This document shows, piece after piece, positions 20,464 to 31,066 of a stretch of DNA of 64,000 nucleotides (within the stretch, counting starts at the first letter, position 1; every line of letters begins with the position of its first letter). The stretch comes from Candidatus Heimdallarchaeum endolithica (GTDB lineage Archaea > Asgardarchaeota > Heimdallarchaeia > Heimdallarchaeales > Heimdallarchaeaceae), in NCBI GenBank assembly GCA_021513715.1, contig CP084167.1:864001-928000 (forward strand). Reading direction: 5' to 3'. The notes under the pieces are model-generated. The model was not told where the DNA came from. It worked only from the letters and a program-made list of their open reading frames with translations, and ran no database searches. Both the position numbers and the translations under genes were made by a program.

Positions 20464-21054
20464 ATGTTTTTAAGTACATCTTTATCCTTTTTTTTGATGA
20501 GAAAATCTCTTAATTATGAACTAATCAAGTCTGAACTAATTCCTTTAGATGCACCTATTGAAGAAATTCCAGGACTTAAACTTGGTACTGTTCTTATTCC
20601 TATTTTCCCAAACAGCAACCAAATAATGTTTACAAAAAGATCAAACAAAATGAAAAATCATCCTGGACAGATATCTTTTCCTGGAGGAGCTGTTGAAGAG
20701 GGAGAAACAATTATAGAAGCTTGTCTTAGAGAAACAAATGAAGAAGTAGGAATCATTAATAAAAAAATTAAACTTTTGGGTAGATTACCCCCACTCAAAA
20801 CAAGTAGTAATTTTTTTGTTTACCCAATTGTTGGTTTAGTTGAAAGTGACGTAAAAATAAAAATCAATCCTGATGAAGTAGAAAAAGTATTTTTTGTACA
20901 AATAGAAGAGTTGCTTGACGATAATAACAAAATTGTTGAAACAGAATTAAATATTAGCAAAACCTACTACTTAGCAGGAAATTATACAATTTGGGGAGTA
21001 ACAGCACAGATACTTGAAGAGCTATTTTCAAAAATAAATGAATTAGAGAACTAA
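20464..21054 (+). CDS. Nudix hydrolase, CoA pyrophosphatase type
   Basis: HPGQISFPGG, Nudix box RETNEEVG and IWGVTA. Confidence 0.9.
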   Translation: MFLSTSLSFFLMRKSLNYELIKSELIPLDAPIEEIPGLKLGTVLIPIFPNSNQIMFTKRSNKMKNHPGQISFPGGAVEEGETIIEACLRETNEEVGIINKKIKLLGRLPPLKTSSNFFVYPIVGLVESDVKIKINPDEVEKVFFVQIEELLDDNNKIVETELNISKTYYLAGNYTIWGVTAQILEELFSKINELEN

Positions 21055-21064
21055 TTGGTTAGTT

Positions 21065-22213
21065 CTATATTTTTAGTTCTCTAACTGTAGTCTTAAATCT
21101 AACATTTCTCTTTTCTAGTTCAGTCATTAAAATCTTGAATATATCATGATTTTCGCCTATTAGTTCTGGAGGAACAAGTGTTTTTGGGGAATATTTTCCT
21201 TTAACTACTAAGTTAGCAATAATGGAACAAGTAAAACCAGTAGTTCTTGCCATAGAAATAATTTTTTCTTTTTTATCATATCTATCCAATAAATAATATC
21301 TATATTGGATTATCTTGTTTTCATTTTTTCCTTCAACTTCTATTTCCATGATAGTGTAATCTTCTTCTCCTGGTCTTAGTTTCCATTCCTTAAAAAGCAG
21401 TTTACTTGTTAAATCTATAGGTTTTATATCTACTCCATCAACATTTATTTTTTCCTTACTGAAAAATCCAGTTTCACGTAGAATCCTTATTTTCTCAATA
21501 TGACCAGGGTATCTCAAAGTTTTTTCTTTTAAGTTCGGAATGTGATTCATCGTCTTTAGAAGAGTTCGTAAACCATCAGTGTTAAAAGCTTCTAGTGTCC
21601 CCATTCCTTCAAATTCTAACAATTCTGCATCTGATAAAGCAGGTTTTACAACTAATTTTCCATTTTCAACAAACCTAGCTGGACGAGTGTATTCCTCAAT
21701 AACATCTATAGGTGAAAAAGGAGCTTTATATTCATAAGGCCAAGTTCTAATTACAGGAAGTCCTCCAACATAACAAAGAAAAGAGTTAACATTTTCCATT
21801 ATACTATTAATATAACCCAAAATTATGTTACTTAACCCAGGAGCAACTCCACAGTCAACTACAGCTGTCACTCCTTTCTCTTTTGCTAATTCTGATAAAG
21901 AAAATGGATCTTCATCAAAGAACGATATATCGACAATATCTTTTCCTTCTTCTATTACAGTTTTTAGTGTTTGATAACCCATAAAACCAGGAACAGCTCC
22001 AACAACCAAGTCAAAATCAGAAATTATTTTTCTCAAATTATCAGTGTTGGATAAATCAGCTCTAATTACTTGAATATTGAAATTGTTTTGAAGAAAATTT
22101 AAAGCTTCTTGATTAATATCTAAAACAGTAACTTCAATTTCAGGATCTTTTACTAAATCTCTCGCAATAACATTTCCTACTAATCCTGCGCCTAATACAA
22201 TTACTTTCTTCAT
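21065..22213 (-). CDS. Saccharopine dehydrogenase family / lysine 6-dehydrogenase
   Basis: LGAGLVG, DCGVAPGLSN, VGGLP, EAFNTDGL, TLRYPGH and MARTTG motifs. Confidence 0.88.
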   Translation of the reverse strand: MKKVIVLGAGLVGNVIARDLVKDPEIEVTVLDINQEALNFLQNNFNIQVIRADLSNTDNLRKIISDFDLVVGAVPGFMGYQTLKTVIEEGKDIVDISFFDEDPFSLSELAKEKGVTAVVDCGVAPGLSNIILGYINSIMENVNSFLCYVGGLPVIRTWPYEYKAPFSPIDVIEEYTRPARFVENGKLVVKPALSDAELLEFEGMGTLEAFNTDGLRTLLKTMNHIPNLKEKTLRYPGHIEKIRILRETGFFSKEKINVDGVDIKPIDLTSKLLFKEWKLRPGEEDYTIMEIEVEGKNENKIIQYRYYLLDRYDKKEKIISMARTTGFTCSIIANLVVKGKYSPKTLVPPELIGENHDIFKILMTELEKRNVRFKTTVRELKI

Positions 22214-22352
22214 TAGTCACACCTATTTGAAATTATATAGCTCTCTTTTTAACTTTTAACCTTAAAATTTAAACTAGATCCCTAAAAAAATCGTATAAAA
22301 AGTATAAAAAGAAAGAAAAATGAGGAAAAGAAAGGAACAAAATAGATATCAA

Positions 22353-23834
22353 CTAAGTTTTATCTGATTTAGTGTCTTCTTGAACTTTATCTGATTTAGT
22401 GTCTTCTTGAACTTTATCTGATTTAGTGTCTTCTTGAACTTTATCTGATTTAGTGTCTTCTTGAACTTTATCTGATTTAGTGTCTTCTTGAACTTTATCT
22501 GATTTAGTGTCTTCTTGAACTTTATCTGATTTAGTGTCTTCTTGAACTTTATCTGATTTAGTGTCTTCTTGAACTTTATCTGATTTAGTGTCTTCACCGT
22601 CTTCTTCTTTACTTTCTTTTTCTTTAAATACTAGTTGTAACATCAGCGGTGTCAGGAGAACTGTAACAAATACAAGCAATATAACTACTGTAAATATGTT
22701 TTCATCAAAGATCTCATTTTCTAGTCCTATTCCAGCTATGACCAATAGTATTTCAGCTCGAGGAGTTATCCCAGTTGCAATACGTAGTGCTGATTTTGAA
22801 GAAAATCCTGTTAATTTTGAACCTAGAAAAGCTCCTATTCCCTTCGATAAGATTGCAAAAGGAATTACTAACCATATTCCCCAAGGGAATACATAATTAG
22901 CGCTTCCTAGTTGAGTGAGATCTATTTGGAAATTGGAACCTACTGAGAAGAAGAATAATGGAATAAACACTCCTTCTCCAAATTTTGTAATTGTTCCTTT
23001 AACTTCACCCACTATTATCCTATCTTGCTGAATTGCTATTCCCAGAAGAAAGGCCATTACTGCCCCTGAAAAGTGAAGTTGTTCAGCAAAATAAGCTAAT
23101 AAAGAAATCAGACCAAATACAATCCCTAGTGTAAAGTTGTTTGTTCGAGAGCGGGTGAAAATGTTAAAACGATATTCCATCCAGTTTAAGAACTTGGGTA
23201 AAAGAACTACCACTACCAAAATGAATATTGCTAAAAAACCTAAATCTTTTAGAATAATTAATGCAATATTTCCTTCTTCTGTATTAAATAAAGCACTTGC
23301 CAAAATTAATACAAGTATTAATGCTAGAAAATCATCTAAAACTGCTATAGAAAGTAATGTCTGACCCTCTTCAGAACCAAGTTTCTTCAAATCAGATAGA
23401 GATCTAACTGTAACACCTATTGAAGTTGCAGTGAATAAAGTACCAAAAAATATTGCAAACCGTACATCTCTTTCTAGAAAGATAAATGCAGTAAGAAAAC
23501 CACCTATTAAAGCCAAAGAAACTTCAGTAATTGATATAGTAATACTTCTTTTTCCAGTTTTTAATAATGACTTTACATTTATTTCCATCCCAACAATAAA
23601 CAGCAACAAAATTATACCGATTTGACTAAAAGAACGTAGTGATGCCCTATCCATAAATAGATCATTGATATTGGATAAACCTAAAATTGAAAATAAAGGA
23701 CCTCCAAACATAATTCCAGCGAATAACTCGCCAAGTATAGCTGAGAGTTTTAGTCGCTCGAAAATTTCTCCGAAAATCCTTGCAGCAAGAATTGCTACAC
23801 CAATATATAAAAGCAAAGATATGGCTTCATTCAT
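22353..23834 (-). CDS. CPA2-type cation:proton antiporter with C-terminal tandem-repeat tail
   Basis: About 12 TM; ATSIGV, AVLDD, PLFF and PRAE motifs; (EDTKSDKVQ)n tail. Confidence 0.9.
   Translation of the reverse strand: MNEAISLLLYIGVAILAARIFGEIFERLKLSAILGELFAGIMFGGPLFSILGLSNINDLFMDRASLRSFSQIGIILLLFIVGMEINVKSLLKTGKRSITISITEVSLALIGGFLTAFIFLERDVRFAIFFGTLFTATSIGVTVRSLSDLKKLGSEEGQTLLSIAVLDDFLALILVLILASALFNTEEGNIALIILKDLGFLAIFILVVVVLLPKFLNWMEYRFNIFTRSRTNNFTLGIVFGLISLLAYFAEQLHFSGAVMAFLLGIAIQQDRIIVGEVKGTITKFGEGVFIPLFFFSVGSNFQIDLTQLGSANYVFPWGIWLVIPFAILSKGIGAFLGSKLTGFSSKSALRIATGITPRAEILLVIAGIGLENEIFDENIFTVVILLVFVTVLLTPLMLQLVFKEKESKEEDGEDTKSDKVQEDTKSDKVQEDTKSDKVQEDTKSDKVQEDTKSDKVQEDTKSDKVQEDTKSDKVQEDTKSDKVQEDTKSDKT
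22359..22595. repeat. Perfect 27-bp tandem repeat, about 8.8 copies, in frame in the antiporter
   Basis: Unit TTTATCTGATTTAGTGTCTTCTTGAAC, 8 full copies plus 21 bp, no spacers. Confidence 0.98.
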
Positions 23835-24363
23835 TTAAAATATCACCTTCACAAGACAAACTTCCATCATTTTGTTCCTTGTATTCTAACCATTTATCTT
23901 TAACAAAGTTTAGAATGTCAATGAAAAGAATTACACCTTTAACTTCACTTTTTTTATCTTTAGCTCTTGGAAGGACGTTTGTAGAGTATTTTAGCATTAA
24001 TTCAGCTACATCTTCTAATTTTAGATCATCATAAACTATAGGTAATTTTTTATCTACAATTTCATCTGCAGTTGCATTTTCAAAATACAGTGCTTGAAAA
24101 AAGGGATCACGCAAATCTGAATGGACAGGATTAAACAACTTTAGGAAATTTTTTGGGGTTAACAAACCAAGAAATTTGCCTTTTTCATCTTTTATAATAA
24201 TAACTGGGCTATCATAATCAAAGAAGCAACTAAATAGTTTGTCACAAGAGATTGATGAAGATAATTCAGGTACTTTCTTCTTTGGTATCTCTAAAACACT
24301 GATACTTCTCATATTTGTTAAAAAATCTTCTAATGAACCAGTCATGCAAAGGTTTGTTAACAA
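23827..24363 (-). CDS. CBS-domain protein, co-transcribed with the antiporter
   Basis: CBS pair pattern (GKFLGLLT, LEDVAELM, VKGVI); overlaps antiporter start. Confidence 0.75.
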   Translation of the reverse strand: MLTNLCMTGSLEDFLTNMRSISVLEIPKKKVPELSSSISCDKLFSCFFDYDSPVIIIKDEKGKFLGLLTPKNFLKLFNPVHSDLRDPFFQALYFENATADEIVDKKLPIVYDDLKLEDVAELMLKYSTNVLPRAKDKKSEVKGVILFIDILNFVKDKWLEYKEQNDGSLSCEGDILNE

Positions 24364-24411
24364 ACCAATAATTAAACTTTATTCTTTGTAAAAAAATAAA
24401 AGAATGATTTT

Positions 24412-25233
24412 TTAAAATAGAAAAGGTATTAGCGCTTTCCTATTTTTAGGATACTCATTGAATTTTTCTTTATACCATTCATGATGAGCACGGGCTCTAG
24501 GTGCTAAGTTGAAAAAAGTCCACAAAGCAAAAACTAATCCTGGAACAGACCAAGTTAATATTGCCCATCCTATCCATTCCATTATTTCTCCCAAGTAGTT
24601 TGGCGAAGAGACAAACTTAAACATCCCACCATAAGGTATTTTATATCCATCTTTTGCTCCTTTTTCTCTTAAGTTACGTAAAATGTAATCAGATTGCTTG
24701 TTAATAAAAAATCCTGCAATAAAAATTATAGTCCCAACAATAAATTGTGGAGAACTAAACCATGAAAATGTATAAAGATTCTCTGATACAAGATAAAAAA
24801 GCCATATTCCTTGAATATATGTATTAAAAAGATTAAATGTTACCCCAAAGAGCATGATTAACATAGGCATCTTTTTCCTTCCTCTCAATGTCCAGGGATA
24901 AATAAGAGCTCTATGAATATAGTGTATTTCAAATAGAGCAATAAAAGCGATGAAGACAGGGTCACTTATTCTATCACTTCCAAAAAAGTAAATAGCCATC
25001 AGTAATGCAGAAGGGAATTCCATCAGAAACCATGCTAGTCTATCATCTAAAGTTGGCCCCCAACCTTTTCTTCTATGACGTCCATAGGGCGCAGTAATGA
25101 AAAACAATAGGATAAAGATTGAAACACCCAACCCTAAAAAGACATACATAACAGCTTTGAAATAGATTGGGTTACCAAACACAGAAAGAATAGATTCCAT
25201 AATTGAAGATAGTAATGACATTAAACTTTTCAA
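24412..25233 (-). CDS. Steroid 5-alpha-reductase (SRD5A-like) family
   Basis: APYGRH, WFLME, HY..R, YKIP.GG.F..VS.PNY.GE..EW and YPK.RKALIPF motifs. Confidence 0.9.
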   Translation of the reverse strand: MKSLMSLLSSIMESILSVFGNPIYFKAVMYVFLGLGVSIFILLFFITAPYGRHRRKGWGPTLDDRLAWFLMEFPSALLMAIYFFGSDRISDPVFIAFIALFEIHYIHRALIYPWTLRGRKKMPMLIMLFGVTFNLFNTYIQGIWLFYLVSENLYTFSWFSSPQFIVGTIIFIAGFFINKQSDYILRNLREKGAKDGYKIPYGGMFKFVSSPNYLGEIMEWIGWAILTWSVPGLVFALWTFFNLAPRARAHHEWYKEKFNEYPKNRKALIPFLF

Positions 25234-25283
25234 AAAGTAGCTTCTATTTAAATTTTATTTAAAAGAAGAAAGAAATAAAAAGA

Positions 25284-26771
25284 TTAGGACAATTTGTTCA
25301 TATTTTCTGCAATACTTCGTATAACACCCCATATAACATTTACACTTTCGATTTCTACTTTTTCATCTGGAGAGTGAGGAGAGATAATTGTTGGTCCAAT
25401 GGAAGTTACTTGCAAATTAGGGTCTAAAGCTAAAAATAGGCTACATTCTAATCCTGCATGGATAGCTTCAAGTTTTACCTTTTTCTTATACACTTGTTCA
25501 TAAAGCTCTTTTACAAGCTTCAAGAATGGAGAGTTAAGGTCAGGCTCCCAGCCAGGATAAGCTTTTTCTTGAGTAATATTAGCTTTTACTTTTTCACCTA
25601 TTTTCCTTAGTTTAAGTCTTACTTCTTCTAGTTCTTTCATCACTGAACTTCTTGTAGAAATATAAATTTTAACTTGCTTTTCTCCTGTTTTTACAACTGC
25701 GAGATTACTAGAAGTTTGAACTAAATCATTTATTTCTTTATTATATGAAATAACTCCATGTTGGACCTCATCTAAAACATAAATCACATTATTAGTTGAT
25801 TCTTCAGTAAATATTTTTTCCGCTTTGTCTTTTTCAAACATCTCAAACTTGAAGTTAGGTTCATATTCTCTAATTTCATGAGAATTTTTTCTTAACCACT
25901 CTTTCAAAGCTTTCTTCGCTTCTTTTTCATTTTCCTTAAGAATTGCCAAACGAACTGTGCAGTCTCTAGGAATTGCATTATGAGCTGTTCCCCCTTCAAT
26001 ACTTACAAGATGAAATGGTTTTATTTCAAGTTCACTAAATTTATCCCTTAAGAAGTTTAAGGCAGAAATAGCAACTTTAATTGCATTAGCCCTAGGTAAA
26101 TGAATATCTACTCCTGAATGTCCACCTTGAAGACCAGAAATAGCAAAACGAATCTCTATCCAATCTTCAAGATTAGCTATATTTTCAAGTTCTATTGGAA
26201 CATCTATTTGCGTTCCTCCTCCCCCAGCACTACTTATTGTTATTTTACCTAAATCTTCAGAATCAACATTAAGTAAATATTTTCCAGTGAAAAAACCTCT
26301 CTTTACATTAAAAGCTCCTGTCAATCCTGTTTCCTCATCAACAGTAATGAGTAATTCGAGTTTGCCATGTTTTATGTTTTCATCTAAAAAAAGAGCTAAA
26401 CCCATTGCTAAACCTATACCATTGTCAGCACCTAGAGAGGTTCCTTGTGAATAAACATATGTTTCATTGAAGGTTACAGGAATCGGATCTTCTTCACAAT
26501 TGAAATTTGGATCATTTGCTTGACATACCATGTCCATATGAGCCTGAATTACAAGAGTAGGGTAGTTTTCACATCCTTCACTTGCTTCTTTTGTCAACAG
26601 AATATTTCCTGTTTCATCTTCCTTAAATTGAACATTATTCTTTTTAGCCCAATTTTTAATCCATTCTCTAATTTTCTCTTCTTTTTTTGAAGGTCGAGGG
26701 ACTTGAGTTATTTCATAAAAAATTTTCCATACTTGCTCGGGTTGTAATTCAGATAATTTATTTGAAGTCAT
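25284..26771 (-). CDS. pepD: Aminoacyl-histidine (beta-Ala-His) dipeptidase, M20C
   Basis: PRPS, QAHMDMV, LGADNGIG, DEETG, GGHSG and IHAGLEC motifs. Confidence 0.93.
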   Translation of the reverse strand: MTSNKLSELQPEQVWKIFYEITQVPRPSKKEEKIREWIKNWAKKNNVQFKEDETGNILLTKEASEGCENYPTLVIQAHMDMVCQANDPNFNCEEDPIPVTFNETYVYSQGTSLGADNGIGLAMGLALFLDENIKHGKLELLITVDEETGLTGAFNVKRGFFTGKYLLNVDSEDLGKITISSAGGGGTQIDVPIELENIANLEDWIEIRFAISGLQGGHSGVDIHLPRANAIKVAISALNFLRDKFSELEIKPFHLVSIEGGTAHNAIPRDCTVRLAILKENEKEAKKALKEWLRKNSHEIREYEPNFKFEMFEKDKAEKIFTEESTNNVIYVLDEVQHGVISYNKEINDLVQTSSNLAVVKTGEKQVKIYISTRSSVMKELEEVRLKLRKIGEKVKANITQEKAYPGWEPDLNSPFLKLVKELYEQVYKKKVKLEAIHAGLECSLFLALDPNLQVTSIGPTIISPHSPDEKVEIESVNVIWGVIRSIAENMNKLS

Positions 26772-26848
26772 TTATGGTCTTTTAAACATTCTTAAGATAA
26801 TGATAAAAATGTTTTTGAAAAACAATATTTATTATTTTCAAAATCTTA

Positions 26849-27535
26849 CTAAAAAGAATAATTAATCATATTTTTCAAGAAATTTTCTAACACTATGCGA
26901 CTTACAATCCGATAAGAGGGGTCATAATTCATCCTAAAAAGAGGTGAGTGTGATATAAGAGGAAGATCTAAGCACTCCTCATATTTCTTGAATTGAAAGG
27001 AAAGATCTGATAATGCCTTTTTTAGTGCTCTTTTTTCATTCTTTTTTGTTGTTAATATTCCTTCATCATAGAGTTTACAAATTAGGTTCCAACTTGAGAA
27101 AAAAATAGAGAGATTTGCAGGAGTATTCTTTAAACTTTCTTCCATTAATTTCCACAAATGAGAAGAAGATAAACCAATTTCTTCTTTCCAAACTCGCAAG
27201 TTCAATCTCCCAAACATAGTTTTTTCATTCAATAGTTCAAACAGTTCTTCATCTTCTCTTTTTTTAGTACAAACGTCCAATTCTTGTTCTAGATAGATTT
27301 TTACTCCCTCTAGACCTGAAATTTTCTTTAAGTGTACCCACCCACAACTTCCTTGATAGATAAATTTGTACAAATCTCCCCAAGTTTGTACTGAATATTT
27401 TTTTAGATAGGTTAAAAGAGAAAAAGGAATCTTTTCAGTTAATATTCGCCCAAAATCTGTGAAAAGGCGGAAATAATGCAATTTTTGATAAGAATTTTCC
27501 TCATTCATTTTCCTCAGAATGTTAGTTGATGCCAC
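26849..27535 (-). CDS. Hypothetical protein
   Basis: 228 aa with DLYKFIYQ...H and HS..FR..Y.PSYRI conserved-looking blocks; overlaps the DsrE gene. Confidence 0.65.
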   Translation of the reverse strand: MASTNILRKMNEENSYQKLHYFRLFTDFGRILTEKIPFSLLTYLKKYSVQTWGDLYKFIYQGSCGWVHLKKISGLEGVKIYLEQELDVCTKKREDEELFELLNEKTMFGRLNLRVWKEEIGLSSSHLWKLMEESLKNTPANLSIFFSSWNLICKLYDEGILTTKKNEKRALKKALSDLSFQFKKYEECLDLPLISHSPLFRMNYDPSYRIVSRIVLENFLKNMINYSF

Positions 27536-27849
27536 CCTTCTTTAAGCATTTCAGTAACTAATGTACCAACATTCTTTACTTCCACGCCTAATTTTTCTAA
27601 TTTTTCGCTTACACCAAAATCATCACTACAAGCTTTACAAGCAATTACTTCTACACCCGCATTCAACAAACTTATTACATATTCTTGAAAATTTTTATCT
27701 TCAGCAGCTTTTTTTTCTGTAGGGCCCCAAAGTATAACACGAACTTCTTCCATCCATTTATGCTTTTTTGCATTAATGGCATAAGGAAAACTGGCTTCTT
27801 GGTGAATTATAACATCTCCACTTGTCAGAATTAAAAAAACTTTATTCAT
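27514..27849 (-). CDS. DsrE/DsrF-like protein
   Basis: W.EEVRVILWGP and GVEVIACKAC motifs. Confidence 0.85.
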   Translation of the reverse strand: MNKVFLILTSGDVIIHQEASFPYAINAKKHKWMEEVRVILWGPTEKKAAEDKNFQEYVISLLNAGVEVIACKACSDDFGVSEKLEKLGVEVKNVGTLVTEMLKEGWHQLTF

Positions 27850-27926
27850 ACAAAAATCTTTGAACCTAACTTTTATTCTTTTTCAAAGATACAAATACAT
27901 TAGTTCTAGTTTTTGTTTGCATTTCT

Positions 27927-29018
27927 CTATTCTTTAACGCTTTCTAATATTATTTTAGTCAATTCTTCAGCTCTTAAACTTTCTATTTTATTTTCTTCAA
28001 TTTTGTAAAAACTTTCTATCTTTTGCTTTACTAATGTGTGTGATAATTCAGTTCCGACGAGAGCTTCTTCTAATTCTGAAAGATTAAAAGGGTTCTTAGT
28101 AAAGAAGTCTCCTGTTATTGCTATATCAACTATTTTATTATTTTCAATTTGAAAATAGAGAGATAAAAGTCCTCCTTTAGTTTTTACTTCTTTAAAGAAA
28201 CATCTTACTCCTGACTTTATCTTAAGAGAGATTAAATCTTTATGTCTTCTTTCTACATAATTCATCCATTCTCCAGTCTGACAATATTGATTTAACTTTT
28301 GCATCTCATTTTTTTCTAACTCTGTTAATGGACCTATTTCAAGGTTTATTCCTAGAATATCCTCAAACTCTTTCTTAAAATTGTAAATCATATCTAGTTT
28401 ATCAGGAATATAACCTAGAAAATACTTTATACTTCCTATTCTTTCTTCTAATGTCTTAGCTATTTTATCTCTAAATTTCTCATCAGGTACTTCTAGTATT
28501 CTAGACATTTCTTTTACAGGAAAATCAAGAATAAAGTTTCCTACTAAGACTGTTGAACTTTCTATTGCACTCGCTCCATTTCCACTAATCTTTTTATTTA
28601 GAGCAACTATATCATTTAATGGTTGGTATTTTGCTGGAATACCTAAATATCTATAGGTAGAAACAACTGGTTGTAAAAAATGCTCGAACAACTCTTTAAC
28701 AGAAAAAGGATAACTATTCTTATCAAAAACTAGTTGATAGAATAGTTGATTTTGATCTAAATATACTGCTCCTCCTCCTGTTATTCTTCTGATTAAAGGA
28801 ATGCTCATTTCTGTAATTTTATCTATATCAACTACTAGATCTCTAACTTGATGTATACCTATAGAAACATATGGTTTTTTTGGCCAAGTGAGTATAAGAG
28901 TATTAGGAGAGTTAAGTTTAGACTTAACCTTAGCTATTGCATGGTAAATTGTTTGGGTATCAAGAGGGGGGAGATCTGGTAAAACAATTAATCTCCAATT
29001 GTCTTTCATTTTAATCAA
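27927..29018 (-). CDS. Lipoate:protein ligase (LplAB type)
   Basis: RRITGGGAVYLD, PLNDI, KKISGNG; C-terminal KTKGG...ITGDFF domain. Confidence 0.9.
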   Translation of the reverse strand: MIKMKDNWRLIVLPDLPPLDTQTIYHAIAKVKSKLNSPNTLILTWPKKPYVSIGIHQVRDLVVDIDKITEMSIPLIRRITGGGAVYLDQNQLFYQLVFDKNSYPFSVKELFEHFLQPVVSTYRYLGIPAKYQPLNDIVALNKKISGNGASAIESSTVLVGNFILDFPVKEMSRILEVPDEKFRDKIAKTLEERIGSIKYFLGYIPDKLDMIYNFKKEFEDILGINLEIGPLTELEKNEMQKLNQYCQTGEWMNYVERRHKDLISLKIKSGVRCFFKEVKTKGGLLSLYFQIENNKIVDIAITGDFFTKNPFNLSELEEALVGTELSHTLVKQKIESFYKIEENKIESLRAEELTKIILESVKE

Positions 29019-29021
29019 TGT

Positions 29022-29717
29022 TTAGCTTACTTTTACAAGTGACCATGATATTTCATTGGATAGGAATAAGATGGGAAACTCATTTACATCGATTAAAATC
29101 ACTCTCCCGAAACTAATTTTATAGTTTCCATCTGTTTTTTCTATGTTTGCATTAAAATTCACTGTGATTATATATTTTAATTGTACTCCTCTACTGTCTA
29201 TTTCGCCCATAATGTTATTGATAGACGGATATTGACCTGTAGCAAAAGTAGAATATGCATCTGTTTCAATATCTAACTTAACAAACATAAAAGTGCTTGA
29301 ACCGTTTAATGTAGCATTATATTCTGAATAAAAGGTGTCTGTATTGTTATCCCACAAACTGATTCTCATTGTTAAATTAAAGATGTGAATATTCTTTTTG
29401 AATCCTCCATAATTTTGAGTATCTACTGTTGCGAGGAAGTTTTCTTCTTCTTTAATAAGATCTGTGAGATTATTTATGTAACTTAGTTCAGGAAGAGCAC
29501 CAAGAGAAGACCAATAGCTTGAACTTCCATTTATCTTAGCAGTATCATTTAATATTATTGCACTTCTTCCGTCTTGAACTGCATCTATAATATTTATTTC
29601 AGAATAAAATTGCTCAGGAGTGGGAGGAACAGTGCTATAATGTATCAATATAATTGGTAAACCTAGTAGGAGAAAACCCAAAACAATTATGAAAAAGTTG
29701 AAACTTGAGTTACTCAT
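29022..29717 (-). CDS. Membrane-anchored or secreted hypothetical protein
   Basis: N-terminal TM; many N-x-S/T sequons. Confidence 0.7.
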   Translation of the reverse strand: MSNSSFNFFIIVLGFLLLGLPIILIHYSTVPPTPEQFYSEINIIDAVQDGRSAIILNDTAKINGSSSYWSSLGALPELSYINNLTDLIKEEENFLATVDTQNYGGFKKNIHIFNLTMRISLWDNNTDTFYSEYNATLNGSSTFMFVKLDIETDAYSTFATGQYPSINNIMGEIDSRGVQLKYIITVNFNANIEKTDGNYKISFGRVILIDVNEFPILFLSNEISWSLVKVS

Positions 29718-29794
29718 AAATAGTATAAGAATCTTATAGTTAAAAAATCTTATCTTTCAAAAAACTATAAAAAATTATGAAAAGAGAGAGTAGT

Positions 29795-31066
29795 TTAGTT
29801 TACTCTCTTTCTTACCTTTGACATAATAAGATTAACAGTAAAAACAACAACAAACAAAGCGAGAGTCCCCATAAAATAATAAACTGAGGGGTTTTTAATG
29901 AAAGTATAGATACCAAAATATGCATTTGTCCACCTAAAACCATCTTTAGAAAAGTAGAAAGCTATTTCTCGTGTTTGTTTATTAGACTCTACACTTGGTC
30001 CTTGTTCTGCTGCAACCACTACATTATCTCTAAATGTTGTAACTGAAGGAACTCGTTCATAATATCCATCGTGATAAGGTGATGATATGTTATGAAATTC
30101 GAGAGTTTCTTGTTTTGATAAATCTTCTATCCAAAATCCCCATAGAAACATCTCATAGCGATGAGCCTTATTAATAGTTGTATTGCTAATATCTTGAGCA
30201 ACAACATAGAAACCATCATTCCATCTTGTTATTGATGGATATAGATAACCCACATTCTGAGCTACAACTTCAGTCAAGTTTGCATCAGTCAAGTCTAATT
30301 GAAAAGGTGCTCCTACAGATATACCTGAACTAAAAGAACTGCCATCTACTGTTGTTGTTATTTTAACAAGATTATTTTCAGTATAAGCAACATATAAGAG
30401 ATTATTATATGCATATAAATTAAAGTCACTTCCCAAACTAATAGAAAGTGAGGTTACATCTGTACTATTTTCGAAAGTTTGTAAATTATAACGAACCATT
30501 TTTGTGAAAATTCTAGTTTGTACTATTACTTTTACCTCATAACTAAAGAATAACACTAACTCGTCATTGAGAACAGCAGAATCAAACCATACAAAATCCT
30601 TACTAAAAGCTGTAGAATTACCTAATACAACATAATTGCTCCAAGTTTTTCCATCGTCATCAGAATACTGCAAGAAGAAATATGTAAAATCAGTATCATT
30701 TCGTTCTATTGCAAAAACAAGCATAGTTCGTCCATTATAGTAGAAAGCATCAATTTTTTGGACCTTAAAGAGAGTTTTATTGATCACAAATTTCGTTGGA
30801 GTAATTAATACTTCCTCTGTATCATGAGTCTTAAATTCTGTTACAGTTAAATAACAAGGCCTTGCGTAAATTTCTGAGCTCACGTCTCTCCCTGAATCTT
30901 CCCCTATTTTATTATAAATTAACAAATATTGTTCAGGGGAAGTTTCAATAAAATGAGGACTTTTTTCGTGATAAAGGATTTTTGCTTTGGCTACATAAGG
31001 ATTAAATGCGTTAAGAAGTATAACGAATATTGAAAATAAAACAATTTTTTTCACTGCTCTTCTCAT
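29795..31066 (-). CDS. Surface protein with BNR/Asp-box beta-propeller (sialidase-like) and C-terminal TM anchor
   Basis: Signal peptide, YSDDDGKTWS and FSKDGFRW Asp-boxes, C-terminal TM plus basic tail. Confidence 0.75.
   Translation of the reverse strand: MRRAVKKIVLFSIFVILLNAFNPYVAKAKILYHEKSPHFIETSPEQYLLIYNKIGEDSGRDVSSEIYARPCYLTVTEFKTHDTEEVLITPTKFVINKTLFKVQKIDAFYYNGRTMLVFAIERNDTDFTYFFLQYSDDDGKTWSNYVVLGNSTAFSKDFVWFDSAVLNDELVLFFSYEVKVIVQTRIFTKMVRYNLQTFENSTDVTSLSISLGSDFNLYAYNNLLYVAYTENNLVKITTTVDGSSFSSGISVGAPFQLDLTDANLTEVVAQNVGYLYPSITRWNDGFYVVAQDISNTTINKAHRYEMFLWGFWIEDLSKQETLEFHNISSPYHDGYYERVPSVTTFRDNVVVAAEQGPSVESNKQTREIAFYFSKDGFRWTNAYFGIYTFIKNPSVYYFMGTLALFVVVFTVNLIMSKVRKRVN

Noticed and set aside
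22359-22595. CRISPR array, and the alternative-frame ORF 22349..22597
   Set aside because: Units are contiguous with no spacers and no cas genes; the alternative frame is open only because the unit length is a multiple of 3
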